Origin: Candidatus Hermodarchaeum yapensis
GTDB lineage: Archaea > Asgardarchaeota > Hermodarchaeia > Hermodarchaeales > Hermodarchaeaceae
Length of the DNA: 25,267 nt
Direction: 5' to 3'
NCBI GenBank assembly: GCA_016840405.1
Contig: JAEOSK010000039.1
Span: 1 to 25,267 of the forward strand
Numbering within the stretch: the stretch's first letter is position 1; the number at the start of each line of letters is the position of its first letter. Below the pieces are notes generated by a model. It worked only from the letters and a program-made list of their open reading frames with translations, was not told the origin of the DNA and searched no databases. Shown here piece after piece: positions 8,751 through 17,627 of the stretch. The translations under genes were made by a program, and so were the position numbers.

Positions 8751-10142
8751 GTGTCACGAATGGCTTCTAAAACAGCCAAACAATCAATTACACAGCTCTT
8801 TTCAGGGAAATCCGTCGTGCTAGTCGGAGCCAGTGCGAATCCCCGCTCATTCGGTTTTCAAGTTGCTCGGTCACTAATCAAAGATTTCAACGGACCTGTC
8901 TATTATGTTAATCCCACAGAGGCCCAAGTTTTCGGGTCCCCGACCTATTCGAAAATCACAGAAGTTCCTAATGGCGAGCATCTCTGGATTATCGCTATGC
9001 CGACAAAAGAGTTCGCGAAAACTCTTCTTCTCATTGGGAAACGCCAACCCTTAGCAATTCTATTTCTCGTTGAACTCTCACCGTCCATTTTTGATGAATT
9101 AAACAAGGTGATTTCAAAACTCCCTTGTCCCGTCATTGGACCTCGTAGTGCTGGATTCTTTGATACTACAACAAATCTGGATATGCTTCCCTTTCCTGTT
9201 GAAGTATTACCTCGACCACCCAAAGGGGCTACCGGAGTCATTACGGATAATCGTGATGTTGCCTACGGCCTCTTGGAACAATTAACCAAATATCGATGTG
9301 GAGTTTCTCGCTTTGTCGATCTTGGCGAAACATTAGGAACGAACGAAACTGAACTCCTCTCTTTCTTTACACAAGACAAAGCTACCCAAGTCATACTTTT
9401 TGGCGCTGGGCAAATATCGAATCTCAAGAAATTTCAAGCGGCTATTCAGCGAGCTCATAAGGTTCGAAAACCAATAATTGTCTCACTCTTTCCTGAAGAA
9501 ATCACAACCCAACTCGGATTACATCGACGAACAGGAGAAAACATCGAACCTCTTACAAAGGCACTTGCAGAACAACACCACCTCATGGTGACTCCATCAT
9601 GGGGCCGTGCAGTCGACTTAGCCCTGATCTGTCAAACCCAACCCCTCCCTCAAGGACCCGGAGTAGCAGCCATCTCAAATTTTGGGGCCTATTGTGTCTA
9701 TGCTGCGAGTGCAATCCATGCCTCTGATTTACAGCTGGCGACATTCAGCAAAGACACTTCACAGAATTTGAAAGCCCATCTACCTCCCTACTGCCGCTGC
9801 GACAACCCCATCTGTTTATACACAAACGCCGACGAAGTCCGCCTCGATACCGCTCTACGCCTCATCCTACCAGATCCCAATGTTCACAGCGTCATTCTCA
9901 GTCTTCTCCCCGACTCCCCTAATATCGACCCCGATTACCTTTACGTTATGCTCCGACAACGTCTCAAAACTCTCGACACACCAAAAACTATTGTCGCCGT
10001 AATCCCCGCCACTGAACGAGACAATCTCCTCATTCAAAGCTTTGAACGTCTCAACATTCCCGTCTATTCCAACTCACACCGAGCCGTCACAACCCTACAG
10101 AACGCCTACCACCTCACCCAATTACTCAAACCCAAAACATAG
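8751..10142 (+). CDS. Degenerate paralog of ADP-forming acyl-CoA synthetase alpha subunit (CoA-binding domain protein, probable pseudo-enzyme)
   Basis: Colinear with 10467..11876 (VVLVGAS, YYVNP, VIGP, QPLPQG, NPI.L), but catalytic motifs are replaced: GPNCIG>GPRSAG, SQSGA>TDNRD, GNKAD>GETLG, AVSHTG>GLHRRTG, NPIDL>NPICL. ATG 8760 is an alternative start. Confidence 0.8.
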   Translation: MSRMASKTAKQSITQLFSGKSVVLVGASANPRSFGFQVARSLIKDFNGPVYYVNPTEAQVFGSPTYSKITEVPNGEHLWIIAMPTKEFAKTLLLIGKRQPLAILFLVELSPSIFDELNKVISKLPCPVIGPRSAGFFDTTTNLDMLPFPVEVLPRPPKGATGVITDNRDVAYGLLEQLTKYRCGVSRFVDLGETLGTNETELLSFFTQDKATQVILFGAGQISNLKKFQAAIQRAHKVRKPIIVSLFPEEITTQLGLHRRTGENIEPLTKALAEQHHLMVTPSWGRAVDLALICQTQPLPQGPGVAAISNFGAYCVYAASAIHASDLQLATFSKDTSQNLKAHLPPYCRCDNPICLYTNADEVRLDTALRLILPDPNVHSVILSLLPDSPNIDPDYLYVMLRQRLKTLDTPKTIVAVIPATERDNLLIQSFERLNIPVYSNSHRAVTTLQNAYHLTQLLKPKT

Positions 10143-10154
10143 GAGTGGATACAA

Positions 10155-10412
10155 ATCTACAAAGCATATGTTCTCATCAAAGTAACTCCTCAACAGGAGG
10201 ACCTAATTCTTCGGGAGATATCAAAGATATCTTCAATATCTGAGTCGCATAAACTGTTTGGACTTTACGACATCATTGTCGAAATCGAGCGGAAGGGGAT
10301 GCGAGATATCATGGAAACCGTATCCAAGATTCGTAGCCTCAAAGGTGTAATGGACACAATTACTAATCTCGTAGCAGACTTCGAGATGGATGTTCACGGT
10401 GCTCCTCTCTGA
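10155..10412 (+). CDS. Stand-alone Lrp/AsnC ligand-binding (RAM) domain protein, ~85 aa, with no canonical start codon
   Basis: Not in the ORF track. Translation: (I)YKAYVLIKVTPQQEDLILREISKISSISESHKLFGLYDIIVEIERKGMRDIMETVSKIRSLKGVMDTITNLVADFEMDVHGAPL*. It has the classic AYVLI...FG.YDII...IR.L.GV..T.T pattern. AGGAGTGG lies upstream of ATC 10155; the start position is inferred. Confidence 0.85.
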   Translation: MYKAYVLIKVTPQQEDLILREISKISSISESHKLFGLYDIIVEIERKGMRDIMETVSKIRSLKGVMDTITNLVADFEMDVHGAPL

Positions 10413-10466
10413 ATATACGAAGAGCTACCAAGGAATATACTGGAGGTCGATTGAGGGACAATTACC

Positions 10467-11876
10467 ATGACAGCGGATTTAGAGCCGTTTTTCAATCCTA
10501 AAACGGTAGCCGTAGTCGGTGCATCTGCGCGAAAAGCGAGTGTTGGCGGAGTGATTTTTCGAAACTTCCTCAAACCCGCTTTCAAAGGCACTGTCTATCC
10601 AGTTAATCCACGGACGACGGATGTCTTAGGCATCACAAGTTATGAGCGCGTTTCCTCAGTCCCTGACCCTATTGACCTCACTGTAATAGCAGTCCCCGCG
10701 GGTATTGTCCCCAAAATCATGCTTGACTGCGAAGAAAAGGGAGTCAAAGCCGTCATTATCATCAGTGGGGGATTCAAAGAAATCGGATCTGAAGGAGCAT
10801 ACCTTGAACAACAAATCGTCGAAATTACCCAACGGAGTGGTATACGCGTCATAGGACCAAATTGTATCGGAATCTACGATACCAATACGGGTGTCGACAC
10901 CACCTTTTTACCTGCATCACGGATGGGTCGACCGGGTAAAGGCTACATCAGTTTCATTAGTCAAAGTGGAGCTTTTGCTGCTGCAGTTCTTGACATGAAT
11001 GCTCAATCTGGGCTAGGGGTTAGTCGTGTCGTTAGTTTTGGTAACAAAGCGGATGTCAACGAAATCGATCTCATAGACTATCTTGGAAAGGATCCTGAAA
11101 CCCGGGTCATTGTCGAATATCTAGAGGGGCTTTCCCCAAGTACCGGTGGACAATATCTTCAAACAGCAAAAATGGTGACCCAAGAAAAACCAATCATTGT
11201 TGTCAAAGCAGGGCGGTCAGCCCGTGGATCTGTTGCTGCTGTCAGTCATACTGGGGCATTGGCTGGAGATGCACGTCTTTATGATTTTGCGTTCCATCAA
11301 GCAGGCATTATTAATGCACTTGACTTCGAAGACGGATTTGAAATGGCGAAAACCCTTGCCTCTCAACCTCCAGCAAAAGGTAATCGCATCTTAATAGTCA
11401 CCGATGCAGGAGGCGCAGGAGTGATGACGGTTGACGCCTGTGACGCTCTAGGATTACGCGTTCCCGAACCACCTGAAAAAGAGAAACAGATTCTTCGGTC
11501 AGCGTTCCCCGGCTATTGCAGTGTTAATAATCCCATTGACTTAACAGGTGATACCGACGCTGAACGCTACCAGATTGCATTCGATACGCTCCTAGGAACA
11601 CCCCATTATGATGCCGCTATTGCAATTGTGATGATGCAAGTACCTTTACTTGATCTCGATATTGTTGAACGACTTCTCTCAATTGTTCGGAAATATGACA
11701 AACCACTGGTAGCTTGCACTGCAGGTGGCCGGTTTACAATGAGCGGTGCCCGGCTTCTGGAGGAGGCAGGCATTCCTACACTACCTACTCCAGCACGAGC
11801 CGCAAAAGCCATCTGGTCACTGGTCAAATATGGGGAAATCAAACAAGCTAGACGGGAAGAAGAGTCAGCCTCTTGA
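10467..11876 (+). CDS. acdA: Acetate/acyl-CoA ligase (ADP-forming) alpha subunit
   Basis: VAVVGAS, YPVNP, IISGGFKE, GPNCIG, SQSGA, GNKAD, KAGRS..G..AAVSHTGALAG (phospho-His), NNPIDLTGD; upstream GAGGG RBS. Confidence 0.92.
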   Translation: MTADLEPFFNPKTVAVVGASARKASVGGVIFRNFLKPAFKGTVYPVNPRTTDVLGITSYERVSSVPDPIDLTVIAVPAGIVPKIMLDCEEKGVKAVIIISGGFKEIGSEGAYLEQQIVEITQRSGIRVIGPNCIGIYDTNTGVDTTFLPASRMGRPGKGYISFISQSGAFAAAVLDMNAQSGLGVSRVVSFGNKADVNEIDLIDYLGKDPETRVIVEYLEGLSPSTGGQYLQTAKMVTQEKPIIVVKAGRSARGSVAAVSHTGALAGDARLYDFAFHQAGIINALDFEDGFEMAKTLASQPPAKGNRILIVTDAGGAGVMTVDACDALGLRVPEPPEKEKQILRSAFPGYCSVNNPIDLTGDTDAERYQIAFDTLLGTPHYDAAIAIVMMQVPLLDLDIVERLLSIVRKYDKPLVACTAGGRFTMSGARLLEEAGIPTLPTPARAAKAIWSLVKYGEIKQARREEESAS

Positions 11877-11884
11877 CTAATCCC

Positions 11885-11891
11885 TTTTTTT
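11885..11891 (+). terminator. T7 tract, archaeal-type terminator candidate
   Basis: TTTTTTT 8 nt after the acdA stop. Confidence 0.4.
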
Positions 11892-11966
11892 GGTAGTAAT
11901 CACTAATTATTTCCTAATAGTAGAATTCGTCCCGTTATTCGAAATCTAAATTAAAATCAAATTAAG

Positions 11967-13325
11967 ATGATCAAAATGGGTGTAGTGAAGAAAGGTTTGG
12001 ATGTAGTCCAACGAGATAAGAAAGCTATCGGGCAAGCCCTTCGGCTAGCCTACTACCCAGTGGTCGCTGTTCGTGCTGAAGGCTCCAAAGTGTGGGACAA
12101 GGATGGAAACGAATACATTGATTTTCTTGGCGGAGCTGCAGCACTTCCTATCGGTCATCGGCATCCAGCTGTAGTCAAAGCCATCAAAGAACAAGTAGAC
12201 CAACTAATTCATCACCCACCACTTTACGGATACCATGAATTAGCAGTTGACCTAGCCGAGAAACTGAATAAACTTCCTCCCGGAGATTTTTCAAAAAAGA
12301 CGATTTTTCAACTCGCTGGCGCGGCTGCCATGGATCTCACAGTAAAACTTGTTCGAGTGGGAACCAAGCGAACAAAAATCATTACATTTCTTAAAGGGTA
12401 TTATGGCGCACTGTATGGCGCATTATCCTTGAGTGCTTTTTCAACAGTGCAACGCCGGTATTTAGGACCCTTTATTCCAGAGATTTACCATGTACCATTT
12501 GCTGACTGTTACAGATGCATCTTCAAGCAAGAATATCCAAGTTGTGGACTGGCTTGTTTGGATTATTTGAAAACAGTTCTAAAACATCTCGTGCCTCCGG
12601 AAGAAGTCGCAGCAATCATTACGGAACCCGTTGGGTCAGATGGAGGATATATCTTCCCGCCTCCCGAATGGCTGAAAGGTCTTGAGGAGCTTTGTCAGCA
12701 ACATGGTATGCTCCTTGCCCTTGATGAGATTCAAACCGGATGTGGACGCTGCGGTTCATGGTTTCTGTCAGAACAGTATAATTTAACACCTGATCTCGTT
12801 GCCTTTGGAAAGGGATTTTCTGCAGGAGTTCCGTTGAGTGGTGTGATTGGTCGGGCTTCGGTAATGGATGAATTAAAACCCCCTTCCGCAATTGGTACAG
12901 GAATTGGCAACCCAATTGTCTGTGCTGTGGCCATGGCTGTGATGGATGTGATTAGAGAAGAAAATCTCATCTTACAGTGCAAAAAGATGGGTGCCTATCT
13001 GAAGAAACGTTTCGAAGAAATGAAAGAAGATCACTCCCTAATTGGCGATGTTCGCGGTAAGGGTATGTTGATTGGCGTCGATTTGGTAAAGAATCAACAG
13101 ACACGAGAACCTGCGCGACTTGAAGCCTCCAAGGTTTGTTGGCGGTCAGGCGAGCTTGGTCTTATTCTAACAACTCTTGGTGAGTCTGTTCTTCGTGTCT
13201 GTCCTGCTTTTAATCTCACTCAAGAAGAGGCTGATCAAGCTCTTGAAATCATCGATAACGCTCTAAGTGATGTAGAGAAAGGAAAAGTTCCTGATACGGC
13301 CGTCGCTTCTCTTTCCCCTTGGTAA
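11967..13325 (+). CDS. Class III PLP-dependent enzyme (GABA-aminotransferase-like; amino-acid racemase/Ile 2-epimerase subfamily candidate)
   Basis: D.DGNEYIDF, GH.HP.VV.AI, EPVGSDGG, DEIQTG.GR.G, PDLVAFGK (PLP lysine), IGDVRGKG. Confidence 0.88.
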   Translation: MIKMGVVKKGLDVVQRDKKAIGQALRLAYYPVVAVRAEGSKVWDKDGNEYIDFLGGAAALPIGHRHPAVVKAIKEQVDQLIHHPPLYGYHELAVDLAEKLNKLPPGDFSKKTIFQLAGAAAMDLTVKLVRVGTKRTKIITFLKGYYGALYGALSLSAFSTVQRRYLGPFIPEIYHVPFADCYRCIFKQEYPSCGLACLDYLKTVLKHLVPPEEVAAIITEPVGSDGGYIFPPPEWLKGLEELCQQHGMLLALDEIQTGCGRCGSWFLSEQYNLTPDLVAFGKGFSAGVPLSGVIGRASVMDELKPPSAIGTGIGNPIVCAVAMAVMDVIREENLILQCKKMGAYLKKRFEEMKEDHSLIGDVRGKGMLIGVDLVKNQQTREPARLEASKVCWRSGELGLILTTLGESVLRVCPAFNLTQEEADQALEIIDNALSDVEKGKVPDTAVASLSPW

Positions 13326-13434
13326 CCAACTAATTAATCTCATGTACCTTCAAGAAGCATTGGCTGAAGCAATTGGTTTTTACATTCTAATATCTTCAAT
13401 GCCACAGAATCTTCAAAAATTCAAGGTGTAACTT

Positions 13435-14595
13435 TTGATTAACGTTAGCATCGTTGGTGCTGGACAAACCAAGTTTGGAAGGCATGACAATTATGATCTA
13501 AGAGAACTTTTCGTCATGGCAGCCCACGAAGCCATTGAAGAAGCTGGGATAACGCCAAAAGATGTGGAAGCCGCTTTCATTGGGAACCTCTCAGCGGATC
13601 AATTCAACCGGCAAACCCACATCGCACCACTAATGGCAGATTTTGCCGGTATGAAAGGTATTCCCGCAACGAAATGTGAAGCCGCATGCGCTTCATCTGC
13701 CACTGCATTGCGAGCTGCAATTTTAGCCATCGAATCAGGGCAACATGATGTGGTTATGGCTGCCGGTGTCGAAAAGATGACAGACCTTACCACACCAGGA
13801 GTCATTGAAACCCTAGCAATGGCTGCGGATCAAATCTTTGAAGCTCAACCTGGCATCACTTTCCCTGGCATTTTTGCCATTCTTGCTGTTGCACATATGG
13901 CGAAATATGGGACTACAAAAGAACAACTGGCTGCCGTTGCAGTGAAAAACCACGCCAATGGTGTCCATAACCCGTTGGCTCAATATCAAATGGAAATCAC
14001 CTTAGAGAAGGCTCTCTCATCACGAATGGTCGCTTGGCCTCTTGGGCTATTTGACTGTTCACCTATCACCGATGGAGCTGCAGCCGTTGTCCTAACCAAG
14101 AATAAGAAAGCCCGAAAATTCACGGATGCGCCTGTGAAAATCCTTGCGTCTGAGCAAGCAAACGATACAATGAATTTGTGTGACCGCACTGATCTGACTA
14201 GCCTGTATGCCGCACGAACGGCTGCCTATCGTGCCTACAAACAAGCTAGAATTAACCCTGACTATGTTGACGTAGCAGAGGTCCACGACTGCTTTACGAT
14301 AGCTGAAATCATTGCCACCGAAGACCTCGGCTTCTTCAAGCCAGGCAAAGGCGGTGCTGCAGTCGAAGAAGGAGTAACCCAAATTGATGGCGAAGTTGCC
14401 ATCAATACCAGCGGTGGTCTCAAAGCAAAAGGACACCCGGTGGGCGCTACTGGTGTAGCACAAATAGTAGAGCTCTATCATCAGCTGCGAAACGAGGCTG
14501 GCAAACGGCAAGTGAAATCTCCAAACGTTGGTTTAGCACATAACGTAGGTGGTACAGGAGCAACCTGTGTAATTCATATTTGTGAACGATGGTGA
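13435..14595 (+). CDS. Archaeal-type thiolase (acetyl-CoA acetyltransferase)
   Basis: EAACASS (catalytic Cys), GVEKM, VKNH.NG..NP.AQ, DCSPITDGAAA, EVHDCF, GHPVGATG; TTG start with AGGTG RBS. Confidence 0.93.
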   Translation: MINVSIVGAGQTKFGRHDNYDLRELFVMAAHEAIEEAGITPKDVEAAFIGNLSADQFNRQTHIAPLMADFAGMKGIPATKCEAACASSATALRAAILAIESGQHDVVMAAGVEKMTDLTTPGVIETLAMAADQIFEAQPGITFPGIFAILAVAHMAKYGTTKEQLAAVAVKNHANGVHNPLAQYQMEITLEKALSSRMVAWPLGLFDCSPITDGAAAVVLTKNKKARKFTDAPVKILASEQANDTMNLCDRTDLTSLYAARTAAYRAYKQARINPDYVDVAEVHDCFTIAEIIATEDLGFFKPGKGGAAVEEGVTQIDGEVAINTSGGLKAKGHPVGATGVAQIVELYHQLRNEAGKRQVKSPNVGLAHNVGGTGATCVIHICERW

Positions 14596-14600
14596 GGAAA

Positions 14601-15005
14601 ATGAGTGAAGAAACGACGATTAAGAACTATTTTGCGTTAATCAATGAAGGAAAACTCTGTGCTGCACATTGTTCGAGCTGTAACGAACTCGCTTTACCCC
14701 CGCGGCTCTTTTGCCCCAACTGTAATAGCAAGACCACTAACTGGACCGAACTGAGTGGCGAAGGAACACTACGTTCCTTTACGGTCATTCATATTGCAGG
14801 AACCACTTATGCAGCTGATGTACCCTATATCGTAGCCATCGTCGAATTAAAAGAAGGACCTGCGGTGTGTGCTCGGTTGGTTGGCGTGGATCCCTTAAAA
14901 CCCGAGGAAATCCATGTTGGTGATGCAGTCAAGGCTGATTTCGTAGAAATACCTGGACCTACTCCAGAAGAGAAGGCTAACCGCCTTGTCTTCCGTCCTG
15001 CATAG
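14601..15005 (+). CDS. DUF35 family Zn-ribbon/OB-fold protein (thiolase partner)
   Basis: CSSC...PPR.FCPNC, GEGTL.SFT, PY.VAIVEL.EG, C-terminal FRP. ATG 14601 is preceded by GGTGAGG (ORF-track start 14589). Confidence 0.92.
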   Translation: MSEETTIKNYFALINEGKLCAAHCSSCNELALPPRLFCPNCNSKTTNWTELSGEGTLRSFTVIHIAGTTYAADVPYIVAIVELKEGPAVCARLVGVDPLKPEEIHVGDAVKADFVEIPGPTPEEKANRLVFRPA

Positions 15006-15034
15006 ACATTCTAGCATTCACAATATGGTGTCAG

Positions 15035-16375
15035 TTAGTTCTTGACCCCTAGATACCGGATAATTGACACAGCGAAAACTTTAGTGGCTTTTATTAGGTC
15101 ATCGATTGCCACATTCTCATCAACCGTATGGGCTAAGACAGTATTCCCGGGTCCGTATGCAACCGTTGATTCGATACCCGCTCGACGGAGCAAACGCCCA
15201 TCAGTCGCAAAAGGAACCAGAAAGAACACCGATGGTCCCGCAATTTCTGTTGATGCATTGAAAAGTGTGACTGCCAACTTGTTTTGTCTATGAGTCGGAA
15301 CCACGCTTCCCTCAATTGCTTCGATAATCTCCATGTCACAATCTGTTGAAATGCCTAGTCTCTCTGCGTGGAACCGAATGAAGTTTATCATCTCCTCTGG
15401 TTTTTGCCCGGGTAAAATTCGAAAATCAATTTGGGCTTCACAGCGATCTGGAACTACATTCGTTAATACCCCTCCAGTTATTGTCCCAATATTCATCGAG
15501 GTTGCGTCTAAACCCTCTAACACAGCTGAAAGTGGGTTGGATTCTCCAGCCTCTTGGATGAGCGATTCAATCTGTTGCGATTCTTTCTTCAATGCCATGG
15601 CAAATTGGGAAACTACATCCTCACGGGTTAATACTGGTGGAATTGAAGGGGGTTTCGCTTCTTCTAAGGCTTGAAGCAACTTCAGCATTATTGTGATTGC
15701 ATTTTTTCCAGCGGTTGCCATACTCCCATGTGCCTTCTTCCCCTTTGTTGTAACTTTTACCCACACTGGACCCTTTTCACCGATATTCACTGCATAGCCA
15801 AGTGGCCCCATTCCCGAAGGTTCTGGAATCACAGCGGCATCGGCCTTGATTTTCTCCCACGCATTTTCGATACACCATGTGGTTCCTAGGGTTCCTTGGC
15901 GTTCCTCATCGCCTACCGCATTAAGAATCAGCGTTCCTTTCAACGGCACCTCAAGATCATGTAAAGCACAACACGCCATCGTCATAGCCGCTACTCCCCC
16001 CTTCATATCCATAGCACCCCGCCCATAGATTAACCCATCCCGAATTTCAGCCGCAAAGGGGTCCACCGTCCAATCCTCACCTGGAGGCACAACATCCACA
16101 TGACCATTAAACAACAGCCGCTTCCCCTTATTCACCTTCCAAGTAGCCACCAAGTTATCGATATTTGGGTGTGAGGAAAAATACTCTGTCTGAATTCCTC
16201 GATGTTCCAGTGTTTTTCCTACACGATGAGCTACTTCAGCCTCTCCTCGAGTTTCACGGTCCCAACTAGGAATTCGAATGATATCCTGACACAATTTAAC
16301 CAGTTCATTTTCTAGCCTGTCAACATGATCGAGTACTTTCTGTTCCCATCCATTCTCAGTCAAATTTGACACCAC
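15035..16375 (-). CDS. M20 family metallo-hydrolase (ArgE/DapE-like deacylase)
   Basis: NGHVDVVP, GRGAMDMKGG, GDEE, EP, HGS...G.NAI, NVVPD, ATDGR, AH..DE. Confidence 0.92.
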   Translation of the reverse strand: MVSNLTENGWEQKVLDHVDRLENELVKLCQDIIRIPSWDRETRGEAEVAHRVGKTLEHRGIQTEYFSSHPNIDNLVATWKVNKGKRLLFNGHVDVVPPGEDWTVDPFAAEIRDGLIYGRGAMDMKGGVAAMTMACCALHDLEVPLKGTLILNAVGDEERQGTLGTTWCIENAWEKIKADAAVIPEPSGMGPLGYAVNIGEKGPVWVKVTTKGKKAHGSMATAGKNAITIMLKLLQALEEAKPPSIPPVLTREDVVSQFAMALKKESQQIESLIQEAGESNPLSAVLEGLDATSMNIGTITGGVLTNVVPDRCEAQIDFRILPGQKPEEMINFIRFHAERLGISTDCDMEIIEAIEGSVVPTHRQNKLAVTLFNASTEIAGPSVFFLVPFATDGRLLRRAGIESTVAYGPGNTVLAHTVDENVAIDDLIKATKVFAVSIIRYLGVKN

Positions 16376-16744
16376 AAAATCTTATCACAGTTTCAAAACA
16401 ATATTTTGCATTATTAACAACTGTTTAACTTGATTGTTGCTCTAACCGTCAAAATGATACTACCGCTTTTGTAGTACAATCTTCAAGTGTTTCTATCTGA
16501 AGTATTAGTAATTTTTTACATCTAACACAGTAGTTTATTATTAAATACCCATTCTAATCCTCTTTACCGATTTATCCACATATTTTGCCTTCTTCTTACA
16601 AACTGACAGTTATTTTCCCTTTTTCTTCACCTCTAGCCTATAACCAGTCGAAGAATTGCAAAATCTGGTATATCAGTGATTAGAATTCAGCAAGATTCAC
16701 TTTTATTCAATTAACCTTGGATGCTTCATCCTATGTAGTTTCAT

Positions 16745-17569
16745 ATGAAGCTGGTGGGGTATATCATGATTGATCGACGTGTAGCTGATTTCTTCCAATT
16801 TTGGCGTGAGCAATATCGGTGGCCCCTTGGGTGTTCACGGGTTAAAACGGAAAAGAAAATCTTCGAATTTGCAGAAAATGCTAGAGCTGCTGTTTCTTCT
16901 GGGAAAGTGGAACGGCTAACTAGTACCTTGATGCAAATACACAGGTGGAAAACGCGTAACCAAGCAGGAATTACAGATAAATATGCTAGACAGCTTGATA
17001 AAGAACCGAAACGAGTACGGGAACTCCAAAAGCTGCTGCCAATCACTAAAGAAACACCAAACATGGTTTTGAAAAACGTCTTAGATTTAATGCGATTCCC
17101 TGATTGTAACTTACCGGTATGCACAGCACAGTTAAGTTTCCTTTCAGGAAGAGTGTTCCCGATTCTAGATCGGTTTCTGGCTCAATTCTTTAGCCGAAAA
17201 GCGCACCCAATGATACTCCAATGGGCTGAATATGATATTCTCAACGTTTTCGAAACGATTGGAAAAATTAACTTTATCCTTGAAGATGATGGACGTAACA
17301 AAGAGGTACCTAGGCTTGCAGTTTATACTGAAAACTCCTATCGGTATAATCGAGATCAGTATGTAGAACAGCTTATTCCAAGACTTCAAAATCTAGCTAT
17401 GGAACTACAAGGGGGCGATTTGACATACCAAGGCATTGATCGAGATCAGCACCATTTTACTAGTGTCGACCTACAAATGGCGATATTTATGTTTGGTAAA
17501 AAAAACCCGCGATTATTCAAAAAATTTTACAAAACACTCCCAATTCCTAATCTAACCATTCAAACTTAG
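16745..17569 (+). CDS. Hypothetical protein, possible HhH/OGG-fold DNA-glycosylase-like
   Basis: 274-aa ORF with I..WK, a degenerate HhH-like stretch (LMRFPDCNLPVCTAQL), FPILDR and a C-terminal T..D..MAIF, a pattern seen in HhH-superfamily orphans. Confidence 0.45.
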   Translation: MKLVGYIMIDRRVADFFQFWREQYRWPLGCSRVKTEKKIFEFAENARAAVSSGKVERLTSTLMQIHRWKTRNQAGITDKYARQLDKEPKRVRELQKLLPITKETPNMVLKNVLDLMRFPDCNLPVCTAQLSFLSGRVFPILDRFLAQFFSRKAHPMILQWAEYDILNVFETIGKINFILEDDGRNKEVPRLAVYTENSYRYNRDQYVEQLIPRLQNLAMELQGGDLTYQGIDRDQHHFTSVDLQMAIFMFGKKNPRLFKKFYKTLPIPNLTIQT

Positions 17570-17627
17570 GTTTAAAGAAATGAGATAAATCCAAGTAGAA
17601 CAGATAGTGCTCTGAATAGCAAAGGCT

